A stretch of DNA of 64,000 bases from Magnetococcales bacterium (lineage in GTDB: Bacteria; Pseudomonadota; Magnetococcia; Magnetococcales; UBA8363). Under the pieces are notes generated by a model that was given only the letters and a program-made list of their open reading frames with translations, searched no databases and was not told the DNA's origin. Below, one piece after another: positions 26,183-35,268 of the stretch. Position numbers and translations under genes: made by a program. The stretch is taken from assembly GCA_002753515.1 (NCBI GenBank), contig PEAK01000006.1:13682-77681 (forward strand), written 5' to 3'. How positions within the stretch are numbered: the first letter of the stretch is position 1; each line of letters begins with the position of its first letter.

Positions 26183-26956
26183 CTATTCCAGAATAGAAAG
26201 GTGGCGTAACGTGGGACGATCCAACAATGGTCGACTGCTCATGGATTGAAACTTGGTCATCATGACACAAATGTCGGAAAAATCATTGAAGGCGAGATGC
26301 GCACTATCCCGGTCGCGACAATATTCTAAAAGTTTGTCTTTGGCAAACACCAAATCGACACTATCCGCCAGACAATAATCCGATGTACCATCGCCGATCA
26401 GGACAGTTTGCACTCCCGGGATCTCCACACCGTGTTCCAACCGAGGGACATGGTTGCGTCCCATGGGTTTGACCAGGGCGCATTTACAAGTACCGGAACC
26501 CTTGGAACAGGCTTCATTGGCATGGGGAAAATGGAGGCGATAGCGACCATATGCCAGGATTTCCATGTGATTGGTGAAAACAGTCAGATGACCCAGGCCA
26601 TGTCTGGACAAAATACGCTGGATGGCATAGTCCAACCCGTCACTCACCACCACCAGATCCCATCCAACCTGTCGGCAAAAACGGACGAACTTGGGAAAAT
26701 GGGGATCGATTTCTTCATGGTCCAAAAACTGGTCAACAGCCTTGATATCGGCGCGGATCAGATCAACCTGGCGCAACATGCATTCCCGTGAGCCTATACG
26801 ACCACACTGGTACTCTTCTTCGATAAGCCGCCACTCCGGCAGGGCAAACTGTTCCAGCAAACCATCCGTCACATCCCTGTAGGTAATGGTACCGTCAAAA
26901 TCACACAAAATTTGAATGGACATGGTATAAGGCTTCCCTTTGGAAGGCTCTGTCAC
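26183..26956 (-). CDS. HAD-IB family phosphatase (MtnX/PSPase-like)
   Basis: Motif I CDFDGTIT, motif II VVSDG and motif IV IGDGTSDYC. 257 aa. Lies 7 nt upstream of the aminotransferase gene. Confidence 0.75.
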   Translation of the reverse strand: MTEPSKGKPYTMSIQILCDFDGTITYRDVTDGLLEQFALPEWRLIEEEYQCGRIGSRECMLRQVDLIRADIKAVDQFLDHEEIDPHFPKFVRFCRQVGWDLVVVSDGLDYAIQRILSRHGLGHLTVFTNHMEILAYGRYRLHFPHANEACSKGSGTCKCALVKPMGRNHVPRLEHGVEIPGVQTVLIGDGTSDYCLADSVDLVFAKDKLLEYCRDRDSAHLAFNDFSDICVMMTKFQSMSSRPLLDRPTLRHLSILE

Positions 26957-27508
26957 GAATCTAGTCCTATGTGGGATCGGAACGAGATATACCGTTCAAA
27001 AGAAAATAAAACAATACCGCAACCTGATATGGCCGTCCGTGCCCTTACACATACCTTTGCTCAAGTCATGGATAGCTCGATCCAAACACGTTGCTTGACA
27101 AAGGGTAACGTAAAGCAAAAACTTGGCCAACATAGCATCATTCTGACTCATTCACCAGAAAGTTTTCGATGTCAGCCCGACATGTTGTATTCCACGAAAC
27201 CTTGTCAAAAAATGCTTAAGTAGCGTCAAATATTTCCCCCCCTACCGATCACTCCTGCCGGGTTATCCGAATCACCCGGTCTATACCCACCGGACACAGA
27301 GAGCCCAATAGTGTTTACATCACTGTAATCATTTATATTTTTCTGACATGCCCCGCATTCTGTTTGCTCACGTCACCACACAAAAATAACATGCAGAAAC
27401 TGGCTTGGTTATTGCTCTACTTTACCTCAAAGGGGAATCACCCAAAGCAACATCCAAAATAGCCATTCACAAACCTGTTCAGACAGGAAATATTGAGAGG
27501 AGACACCA

Positions 27509-27760
27509 ATGAAATACGTAGTTGAATTATTTGATGGTCGGGTGATTCGCGGCTTGCTGGTGGAAAAACACCAACTGCACGACCTCCTGACGCGCCTGGA
27601 TCGCCTGGATCCCATGCTCGGAGTGGTCGTCCTGGACGTGGCTTCAGAACACGCTTGGCATCAACGTCGGCACCAGGCCCAACAATCCACCCCCCCGAGT
27701 CGTCGCCGCAGCGAAGTGGATTACGAACGGTTTGCCCCAATCGATCGGATCATGGTGTGA
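27509..27760 (+). CDS. Hypothetical 83-aa protein
   Basis: Good RBS (GAGAGGAGA 6 nt before the ATG), with a compact N-terminal domain and a basic, disordered-looking tail. I recognise no family. Confidence 0.5.
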   Translation: MKYVVELFDGRVIRGLLVEKHQLHDLLTRLDRLDPMLGVVVLDVASEHAWHQRRHQAQQSTPPSRRRSEVDYERFAPIDRIMV

Positions 27761-27769
27761 GAACTCCCG

Positions 27770-28453
27770 TCATTTACTGACCGGTGCCAATTTCTGCATG
27801 GAACGGACCAGACCATCAACGTCTTTACCAAGATGCTGGTCCGCCATGGGATAAAGCATCTGCTCCTCTTTGATATTGTGCTGCCGCATCAAAATCATCA
27901 AAGTCGAGCCAGCCCGGCTGACCCCCTCCAGTTTGCCCTGTGTCAAAGCCTGGGCCGCCTGGGCGAGCAAACCACGCATCTGCCGGTGTTCCATGCGCAT
28001 CACCATGGTAGGACCTTGGGTCATTCCGGTTGCCTGTTCAAAGGCCGGGAAAAAAACCTCCTCCTCCATGGCAAAATGTTGCTCCATGGCCAGATTGAAC
28101 TGGGCAAAATGCAACTTCGCCCCCGAAACATCCTGGTTTTGCGCCGCATTTTCCAGTTTGATAAAAGATTCATCGCATCGACGATGATCAGCTCCCAAAA
28201 ACTCCCCAATGGCCCGCTTGGCCAACTTGGCTGGCAGTTTTTTCAAGAGGAACTGAAACGAAGCGGGCTGAACAGCCAGGGGATGCCATTCAAACCCCCC
28301 CCATAAATGCTCCTGCAACAGGCTTAACACCCCTGTACCCGCATTATCCAGGGTGACGACGATTTCCATGCCAGCACCTTTTTCCAATTCCGCACGCAAT
28401 CGGGTAAATGCATCCTGATCGCTGGTTCCCGACAGATTCATTGCCTGTTCCAT
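27770..28453 (-). CDS. DUF2249-like domain fused to a hemerythrin (HHE cation-binding) domain
   Basis: The N-terminal ~80 aa end in GGFEWHPLAVQPASFQFLLKK (DUF2249-like). The C-terminal part has DHRRCDE, HFAMEEEVFFP, MEHRQM and HNIKEEQMLYP, the four-helix di-iron hemerythrin/RIC-like motifs. Confidence 0.75.
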   Translation of the reverse strand: MEQAMNLSGTSDQDAFTRLRAELEKGAGMEIVVTLDNAGTGVLSLLQEHLWGGFEWHPLAVQPASFQFLLKKLPAKLAKRAIGEFLGADHRRCDESFIKLENAAQNQDVSGAKLHFAQFNLAMEQHFAMEEEVFFPAFEQATGMTQGPTMVMRMEHRQMRGLLAQAAQALTQGKLEGVSRAGSTLMILMRQHNIKEEQMLYPMADQHLGKDVDGLVRSMQKLAPVSK

Positions 28454-28634
28454 GGTTGTCGTCTCCTTCTTGAAAGGTTATCCTACGTACCGGAAGTCAG
28501 GAATACGTGGAAACCTGTCCAAAGTCCAGGGGGGGTGTTCCATAATGACCCATCCACCATCCAAACCCTACTCGTTGCCCCCTGATGAGAAATAACGAAT
28601 AATCTGAATTTCATTAATATAAAAAGGAAAAACC

Positions 28635-29948
28635 ATGTTTGCCACTGGTGGACTCCGTATCGATCAGGCCCCGCCCTTAAACCTGCCCTTCCGATTTTTC
28701 GCAACCGCGCCACTCTTTTTAATCCTCACCGCCTTGTCCCTGATCGCGCATGGCTCCAGCCTGTTGGACTCTCCCCTCCTCCCCGAAACCATAGCCACCG
28801 TCCATCTCACAGTACTCGGCTGGATCGTCATGATCATGTTTGGTGCCATGTACCAAATGATTCCGGTACTGGCAGGTATCCCGGTCCCCTGGCCCCGATT
28901 GGTACCCTGGGTACATGGATTGCTCATCGTGGGAGTCGTCACCCTGTACCTGGGATTGGCCACCCACCTTCACCCTTGGATGTTGTTGTTCGCCTCGGGT
29001 GGTTTGGGGGGAGCGATCCTGTTGTTTGTCGTTCCCGTGGGTCGCGCTCTGATCCAAGCCCCCGCCAAACACCCAACCGTAACCTTCATGCGCGTCTCCC
29101 TGTTGTCCCTCTTGGGGGTGCTGATCCTGGGTGGCGTGTTTCTTGGCGAATATGCCCATGGATTCTTAAATCTGGACCGCTTCGCCTTGCTCACCATCCA
29201 TGTGATCTGGGGGGTGCTGGGTTGGGTTGGTTTGCTGATCGTCGGGGTATCGTTTCAAGTCTTGCCCATGTTTTACATGACCCGCGACATTGCCATCAAT
29301 CACGCCCGCGCCATTCTGTTACTCTGGTGCCTGTTTTTACTGGGGCAACCCGTGACGGTCTACTTCTATTCCGCAAACCAGCTCCCCTTTTGGCTGCCAG
29401 CCTTGCCCTTCCTGGCGGCGCTGTTAATCTACAGCTATAACCTGTTTGACATGCTGAAGAACCGTAAACGACGCTTCAAAGATGCCACCTATGCCTTTTG
29501 GCTGCTGGGCCTGGCTTCTGGACTGGTCGCGCTGCCCCTCATGGCCTCCTGGGGCTTTATTGATGACAACTGGAATCGGTTTTTGTTTGGCGGGTTGATG
29601 CTGTTTGGTTTTGCCTCCTCCATCATCCTGGGGATGCTTTACAAAATCATCCCATTTTTGGTCTGGTTTCACCGCTTCAGCCGCCTGGCGGGATTGGTGG
29701 AAATCCCCATGATGGACGATCTGGTGCCAGGAATTGCCTTGCGCCTGCAGTTTCCCGTGCATTTGGTCGTGGTTCTGACTATCGTGACCGTCATCCTGAC
29801 CGGTTGGGCACCTTTGCTGACGTTGTTGGCCATTGCATTGATCGTCGATGCCGCCTTGGTCTTGTATACCTTGGGATTTGCCCTGGGTCACAAACCACCC
29901 CCCCAGGAAGAGGTTCCCGATTTCGCTTCTTTTTTTCAGGAGAAATAA
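28635..29948 (+). CDS. Polytopic (about 12 TM) inner-membrane protein of unknown function
   Basis: 437 aa, hydrophobic throughout, with conserved-looking His/Trp in helices (TVHLTVLGWIVMIMFGAMYQMIPV, LTIHVIWGVLGW). No family assigned with confidence. Confidence 0.7.
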   Translation: MFATGGLRIDQAPPLNLPFRFFATAPLFLILTALSLIAHGSSLLDSPLLPETIATVHLTVLGWIVMIMFGAMYQMIPVLAGIPVPWPRLVPWVHGLLIVGVVTLYLGLATHLHPWMLLFASGGLGGAILLFVVPVGRALIQAPAKHPTVTFMRVSLLSLLGVLILGGVFLGEYAHGFLNLDRFALLTIHVIWGVLGWVGLLIVGVSFQVLPMFYMTRDIAINHARAILLLWCLFLLGQPVTVYFYSANQLPFWLPALPFLAALLIYSYNLFDMLKNRKRRFKDATYAFWLLGLASGLVALPLMASWGFIDDNWNRFLFGGLMLFGFASSIILGMLYKIIPFLVWFHRFSRLAGLVEIPMMDDLVPGIALRLQFPVHLVVVLTIVTVILTGWAPLLTLLAIALIVDAALVLYTLGFALGHKPPPQEEVPDFASFFQEK

Positions 29949-29989
29949 GATCGAACTTCAATTTTTCAATATTAAGAAATGGAAAAAAA

Positions 29990-31390
29990 CTATTCCTCCT
30001 GACGGCGTAATTTATTGTTCAACGTTTGTCGGGTGATGCCCAGGAGGGTGGCCGCCAGGCTCTTGTTGCCATGGGCACGCTCCAATGCGGCCGCCATGAG
30101 AAAGGTCTCCGCCTCCTCAATAGTTGGCAAACGTCCGTGCAGGGTGATGCCAGGCGGGGCATCACCGGTTGGCAAGGTTGATGTACCCAATCCAGTGCCG
30201 CCCTGAAACCCGGGCAAGGTGAGTTCTCCCGTTTGATGACGCGCCAGGGCATCGTAGAGCATGGCACGTAACTCGCGAATATTCCCTGGAAATTCATAAG
30301 AATAAAGCAGATTGAACAATTCGTGGGACAAGGGGGGGATGCTTTTTTTCATCCCTGCGGCGGCTTCCTGCAAGAAATGTCGGGTCAAAAGAGGAATGTC
30401 CTCCTTACGCTCCCTGAGAGCTGGAATGACAATCTGGTGGGAGGAGAGGCGAAAATACAAGTCGGGGCGAAAGCAGTTCTCCTGCATGCGGGTGTTCAGG
30501 TTACAATGGGTGGCACACAGGATGCGCGCATCGGTATGCTGTGCCAAATCGGCCCCCAGGGGGTAATAGCGGCGTTCCTGGATCAACCGCAACAGTTTGA
30601 CCTGCGATTGCGGTGTTAAATCACCAATCTCATCCAAAAACAGCGATCCCCCCTGGGCATGGTGAATTAAACCTTTGCGTGCCTCGGTAGCACCCGAATA
30701 AGCCCCCTTTTTGTGTCCAAATAACGTATCGGAAAACATGGTATCGTCCAATCCGGCAACGTTTACCGCCACCAACGGACCAGAACGCCCACTCAACTGA
30801 TGAACGGCTGTTACCATCAACTCTTTGCCCACTCCCGTTTCGCCCATAACCAATACCGGCTCATTGGAAACCGCAATGGCTTCGGCGTAATGAAACACCC
30901 GCTGCATGGTCTTGCTCTGGGTCAGAATGGGAGAGAAAGCCTCATTGACAACATCCTTCTCAGAAAATAAAACTCTTTTAAGAGAACCTAACTCCTGGCG
31001 CAAACGACGTACTTCTAAAACCTGGCGAACGGCTGCGATGAATCGGCTGTTTTCCACCGGTTTGACCAGATAGTCGGCGGCCCCCTCTTTAATACAAGCA
31101 ACGGCGCGATCAATATCTTGATTGGCAGTCATGATGATGACCTGAATTTCGGGATAACGTAGCAGTACCTCCTTCAGCAACTCTTCCCCGGAACACTTTG
31201 GCATCATCAAATCAAGAAGGACCAGAGCCGCCCCCTGGTTTGCCAAGAAATCCATCAATTGTCGACCATCGTTCATGGTAACGACCGGCTCGATTCCCGC
31301 CAAACGCAATTGAGTTTTGGAACTGAACAAAATTTCTTCTTCATCATCGACCAATACGATGGGAAGATGTTTGCGCTGCAAATAGGTCAT
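29990..31390 (-). CDS. Sigma-54-dependent response regulator (NtrC family: REC + AAA+ + Fis-type HTH)
   Basis: REC domain with a phospho-acceptor D in LVLLDLMMP. AAA+ motifs GETGVGKE, FGHKKGAYSGA (GAFTGA-type loop) and LFLDEIG. C-terminal HTH: KSLAATLLGITRQTLNNKLR. Confidence 0.9.
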   Translation of the reverse strand: MTYLQRKHLPIVLVDDEEEILFSSKTQLRLAGIEPVVTMNDGRQLMDFLANQGAALVLLDLMMPKCSGEELLKEVLLRYPEIQVIIMTANQDIDRAVACIKEGAADYLVKPVENSRFIAAVRQVLEVRRLRQELGSLKRVLFSEKDVVNEAFSPILTQSKTMQRVFHYAEAIAVSNEPVLVMGETGVGKELMVTAVHQLSGRSGPLVAVNVAGLDDTMFSDTLFGHKKGAYSGATEARKGLIHHAQGGSLFLDEIGDLTPQSQVKLLRLIQERRYYPLGADLAQHTDARILCATHCNLNTRMQENCFRPDLYFRLSSHQIVIPALRERKEDIPLLTRHFLQEAAAGMKKSIPPLSHELFNLLYSYEFPGNIRELRAMLYDALARHQTGELTLPGFQGGTGLGTSTLPTGDAPPGITLHGRLPTIEEAETFLMAAALERAHGNKSLAATLLGITRQTLNNKLRRQEE

Positions 31391-33849
31391 GGGTGATTTC
31401 CCCGCTGTTGCACGGCGATGGTTGGCAAAATGACGGTGACGGTGGTTCCCACTTGCGATTCGGAAACAAAAATCATGCGACCACCATGATTTGCAATAAT
31501 GGCGTTGGCAATGGAAAGGCCTAGCCCGGTACCCTCCCGATCCCCCTTGGTCGTAAAAAAAGGGGAAGTCAATTTTGGCATATTTTCTGGAGGGATACCA
31601 ACACCTTGATCGCTGATGATCACCTGGGTTTCATTGGCGAGCACCCCCGAAGCCATGGTGACGGTAACGCCACGGCTACGGTTGGGCAAGGATTGCAGGG
31701 CATTGAGAATCAGGTTGATAAACACTTGTTCCAACTGCTGACTGTGGCCCAATACCATAACGGACTCTTCGGAATAGAGCAGTTGACAATGGTCGGTATG
31801 ACGGCTGATGGGATCCTGCAGAATGGCAACAGCCTCCTTGATAACGCTTTTAAGATCAATGGGGCGATTTTGCGGCCCTTGTTCCTGACGCGACAAATGC
31901 TTCAGGTTGCTGATGATGCCCTGAATACGCACGGAACTCTTGCGAATTCCTTCCAGCAAACGCGGAATGGTGGTGACACTTTCCGAGGCGGGCAAACCCT
32001 CCAGGAGAAAATCACCATCGTTTTCTATGGTATGGCGCAGAAGGAGTTCCAAATCGGGCCACAATCCTTGCAACATGATTGCATTAAAATGAATGGCATT
32101 GTTGGGATTGTTGATTTCATGGGCCATGCCTGCCGCCAAGGTACCCAGGGTTGCCAATCGTTCCCGATGAAAGGATAGCAACTCCAGGGTACGTTTTTCC
32201 TGTTCCGCCTCCTTGCGCTCGGAAACATCATCAAAGATAACAACAACATCCCCGGAAGGCAGTTTGTAGACACGATTTTCAAACCAACGCTGCAAACGTT
32301 GGTCATGAATCAGCGTAACCGGATGACGGGTCGGGATAGTACTGCGATAAACGCTTTGCAGGATATGGAATAATCCAGAAGTCATCACGCTAGGGAACAC
32401 CTGCGTGACCGATTGACCCAGGATTTCCTGTTTAACCACCTGGGTGAGCTGTTCCCCCATCCGATTCAAATCCTGAATAGTGAAATCCTCCCCCCCTTGC
32501 ACGGCCTCATAGACTATAACCCCGGCTGTCATGGTGTCCACCAGGGTACGGTAGCGCTGTTCACTCTCCTTGAGTGATTTTTCAATGATCTGTTGCTGTT
32601 GCTGTTGCCATTTCCTGACCGCCAATTCTTGTTCCAGGGCAATGGTCCGTCGCGCAACCGAACGTTCCAGGTAATCGAGGGTCCGTGCCACCTCATCGGC
32701 CATGACATCGAAAGCCCGGGCCAATATGCCAACTTCATCCCGTCCCGTATGATGGCTGCGCACATGACGCTGCCCCTGCGTCAACTGTTGGGCCGCCAAG
32801 GTTAACTTACGCAACGGACGGATCAGTCGCCGGGTTAAAATGAGCGCCACGATCGTAAAGACCACGGTCGCCATGAACCCCATGATCCAGGCAATGCTGA
32901 AAGCCGTGGACATCGGTCGCAGCAAATCTTCCTGCTTGATTTGCAAAACCAATCCCCAACCCCATTCGGCAAACAGACGGATATGGCGATAAACTGCCAA
33001 TATCGGGGCTTGGTTGCGATCACTGGTTTCGATAAAACCTTCCTGACCGCTGGCGGCAATCATATCTGGACTGACTTTCAGGGTGCCCGTAACAACTCCC
33101 AAACTCTGATGACCCAATCTCTCCAGGACGGCACCGGTCTGGAGCAGATTCGTTCCGTGTTCGTTGACCAGCAGCGTTTCCAGCCCCAGCCAGGGTCCCT
33201 TGTTCAACGTCAGGTTGGTCAGCAGAAAACGCTCCAGAGAAATTTCCAAAACGATTACTGCAATCGGTACTTTTTTACCAAGGAATACCGGGCTTCCCAA
33301 AAAAAACAGCGCCGGAACCGGGGACGGGGTGAAACCGCCAATATAATCCTGCCCCGTTGTCGTAATGCGTTCGATAAAGACCCGATCCACAACCTCCTTG
33401 CCCAATACTTCCCTCCTGGTGGACACCAGGACGGTATTGGATTCAGGATGGATGACATGCACCGCCAAGTTGGATGGGGTATGCGATTGGAATTCGTTCA
33501 ACCAGGACAGTAGATAGTCATGGTTGCTGTCCTCCTCTGAGGTGGACGAAGAAAAATGCCTGGTGATAATCCTGGAGATTTCCCCCTTGAAATATCGGTC
33601 TTGCGCCAATAGACCATTGGCTTGACGCAATTCGTTTAAACTTTGCAACAATCGATTTTTTTGGATATCCGCCAAAATATTGATTGTATGAATGGCCTGA
33701 TTTTTTTCATCCCCGGCCCAACCCAAAAACGAGGATCCGGGTAAACCGTGCATGAATATCCAGGTACATATGGCGAAGATGGCAACAAACAACAAGCTGA
33801 ATGTGATAATAAACCGGGTAACAATACTGGCGGAAAAGGGGAAGGACAC
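31387..33849 (-). CDS. Sensor histidine kinase (TM - periplasmic Cache-like region - TM - HAMP - PAS - HisKA - HATPase)
   Basis: 820 aa. HAMP-like segment after the second TM, a PAS-like segment (YRTLVDTMTAGVIVYE...), H-box AHEINNPNN, and N/G boxes (NLILNALQS, DQGVGI, GTGLGLS). Overlaps the response-regulator gene by 4 nt. Confidence 0.9.
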   Translation of the reverse strand: MSFPFSASIVTRFIITFSLLFVAIFAICTWIFMHGLPGSSFLGWAGDEKNQAIHTINILADIQKNRLLQSLNELRQANGLLAQDRYFKGEISRIITRHFSSSTSEEDSNHDYLLSWLNEFQSHTPSNLAVHVIHPESNTVLVSTRREVLGKEVVDRVFIERITTTGQDYIGGFTPSPVPALFFLGSPVFLGKKVPIAVIVLEISLERFLLTNLTLNKGPWLGLETLLVNEHGTNLLQTGAVLERLGHQSLGVVTGTLKVSPDMIAASGQEGFIETSDRNQAPILAVYRHIRLFAEWGWGLVLQIKQEDLLRPMSTAFSIAWIMGFMATVVFTIVALILTRRLIRPLRKLTLAAQQLTQGQRHVRSHHTGRDEVGILARAFDVMADEVARTLDYLERSVARRTIALEQELAVRKWQQQQQQIIEKSLKESEQRYRTLVDTMTAGVIVYEAVQGGEDFTIQDLNRMGEQLTQVVKQEILGQSVTQVFPSVMTSGLFHILQSVYRSTIPTRHPVTLIHDQRLQRWFENRVYKLPSGDVVVIFDDVSERKEAEQEKRTLELLSFHRERLATLGTLAAGMAHEINNPNNAIHFNAIMLQGLWPDLELLLRHTIENDGDFLLEGLPASESVTTIPRLLEGIRKSSVRIQGIISNLKHLSRQEQGPQNRPIDLKSVIKEAVAILQDPISRHTDHCQLLYSEESVMVLGHSQQLEQVFINLILNALQSLPNRSRGVTVTMASGVLANETQVIISDQGVGIPPENMPKLTSPFFTTKGDREGTGLGLSIANAIIANHGGRMIFVSESQVGTTVTVILPTIAVQQRGNHP

Positions 33850-33884
33850 CGAACGAAGGCTTTCATCACGTTAATAAAGAGCTG

Positions 33885-35054
33885 CTATTGATAATCAAAC
33901 TCATGTATTTTCCAATCTACCTGATCGCGAATGATTTCCTGCAATATGGCTGGATTGAACGCGGCAGGTATTCTGGAAGGATCGTTATCTGTCTTCAAGG
34001 CACCGACGTGTTGTAAGAATTGCACCTGCTGTTCAATGATCCCCCCCGGTTTCAGATTGTCCATGGAGATCAGGGTCATGGGTAATGGATCCAGTAGATC
34101 GCGCTGCACGATGGTGACACATTGCGATACGGTGACCGGATAAGGTTCTTTGACAAAGTCATCCACCAGGATGGCTTGCCAGCGACACCCTTGACGCATG
34201 TTTTCCTGTCGTTGGCTCAGCCAACGCACGGCACGAAGATTGGCTGCTGTCAACACCTTGACCAAGTCGGGATGCGCATCGGCGAAAATCTTGGTAAAGT
34301 AAAGATAACTTTGTGTCATGGCGCGATACAAAACTGTCAAATCTTTTATTATTCCCATAGCCATAGTCGGAGCCGGTTCCCACGCCACAAAGGCATCTAT
34401 GCTGCCTTTCTGAAGGGCCCCAATCAATCGGTTAATGGGCACGCGTACCAATTGGACCTCTTTTTCGTCCACATGATACAACTTCAAGCCATGAAGCAAC
34501 ACTTGATGACCCGTCGATCCATGGGCATAACCGATGCGATGCCCTTTGAGCTGCTCCATGGTGTTCAGGTTACGGGCCACCACCGAGGTGAAAGCATTTT
34601 TGATTTGCGCTGTAACAACGATGGCGGAACGCGCCGCAGCGTTGATGGTGGGCATGTCACCGGCCCAAAGCATTTCCAATTTTCCGGAAAACAAGAAGCC
34701 GTTGGCATCATTGCCATCCAAAAATGGATGAAATTTAAGCTTTATACCACGATCTGCAAGTTGTTTATGCAGCCATTGATCGTGCATCATGATCGTTGGG
34801 ACGGTCCCTGCGGGAAAGGCCAATGGTTGAAAACCGGCATCCACAATGGGATCATCAGGTCTACCAAATTGGTAATCTTCATAACCTGGATTCGATTTAC
34901 CATCCTTGGTAGACACAATGCTGACCGATTCACGGGGGGACGTTTGGTTGCCGTTCTGGAGCAAAAACAACACCCCAACCGCAACCAACGCCATACCGGC
35001 GATGATCAGCATACCCGGACGTACTAACATGATCTCCCCCCTAATGAGCTCCAT
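33885..35054 (-). CDS. Membrane-anchored periplasmic substrate-binding protein (NMT1/SsuA/PhnD-like type 2 SBP fold)
   Basis: N-terminal TM anchor (GMLIIAGMALVAVGVLFLL) followed by an SBP-like alpha/beta sequence. No permease or ATPase gene is nearby. The ATG at 35030 is probably the true start. The family call is approximate. Confidence 0.65.
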   Translation of the reverse strand: MELIRGEIMLVRPGMLIIAGMALVAVGVLFLLQNGNQTSPRESVSIVSTKDGKSNPGYEDYQFGRPDDPIVDAGFQPLAFPAGTVPTIMMHDQWLHKQLADRGIKLKFHPFLDGNDANGFLFSGKLEMLWAGDMPTINAAARSAIVVTAQIKNAFTSVVARNLNTMEQLKGHRIGYAHGSTGHQVLLHGLKLYHVDEKEVQLVRVPINRLIGALQKGSIDAFVAWEPAPTMAMGIIKDLTVLYRAMTQSYLYFTKIFADAHPDLVKVLTAANLRAVRWLSQRQENMRQGCRWQAILVDDFVKEPYPVTVSQCVTIVQRDLLDPLPMTLISMDNLKPGGIIEQQVQFLQHVGALKTDNDPSRIPAAFNPAILQEIIRDQVDWKIHEFDYQ

Positions 35055-35268
35055 GTTGACGAGGTATGGATTACATTACGAGATTTTAGTCAGGCATCTC
35101 TTTTTTTTCCGTCATGATAGTCCGGTTCCCCGAAAAAAGCCAATAGACTTGATGTCAGACCGTCCAAGTTGAAGAAACAGGATAACCTTTATTCCTGCCT
35201 GGATTGACCCGGGCAGCCCAGAGATGATGCTTCCATGAAGTCCAGGCTGCCCGGTATAACCCCCTGAT

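Noticed and set aside
25228-26196. Shadow ORFs opposite confident genes, for example 25228-26196, 13066-13779, 13955-14839, 34122-35027, 915-1577, 15425-16000 and 17441-18022.
   Set aside because: Each lies antisense to a gene with clear family motifs and has a compositionally odd, motif-free translation.
28635-29948. Annotating the 12-TM protein as NorB/heme-copper oxidase subunit I or as NnrS.
   Set aside because: Only loose local resemblance was found (G..Y..IP helix; PFRFF near the N-terminus). The diagnostic His pairs and ligands of heme-copper oxidases, and the NnrS signature helices, are not evident.
35208-35254. An inverted repeat, cccgggcagcc / ggctgcccgg, downstream of the Tim44-like gene as an intrinsic terminator.
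   Set aside because: The arms are 10-11 bp, but the loop is about 26 nt and no T-tract follows on the minus strand. It may be a structured or protein-binding site, but I cannot support calling it a terminator.
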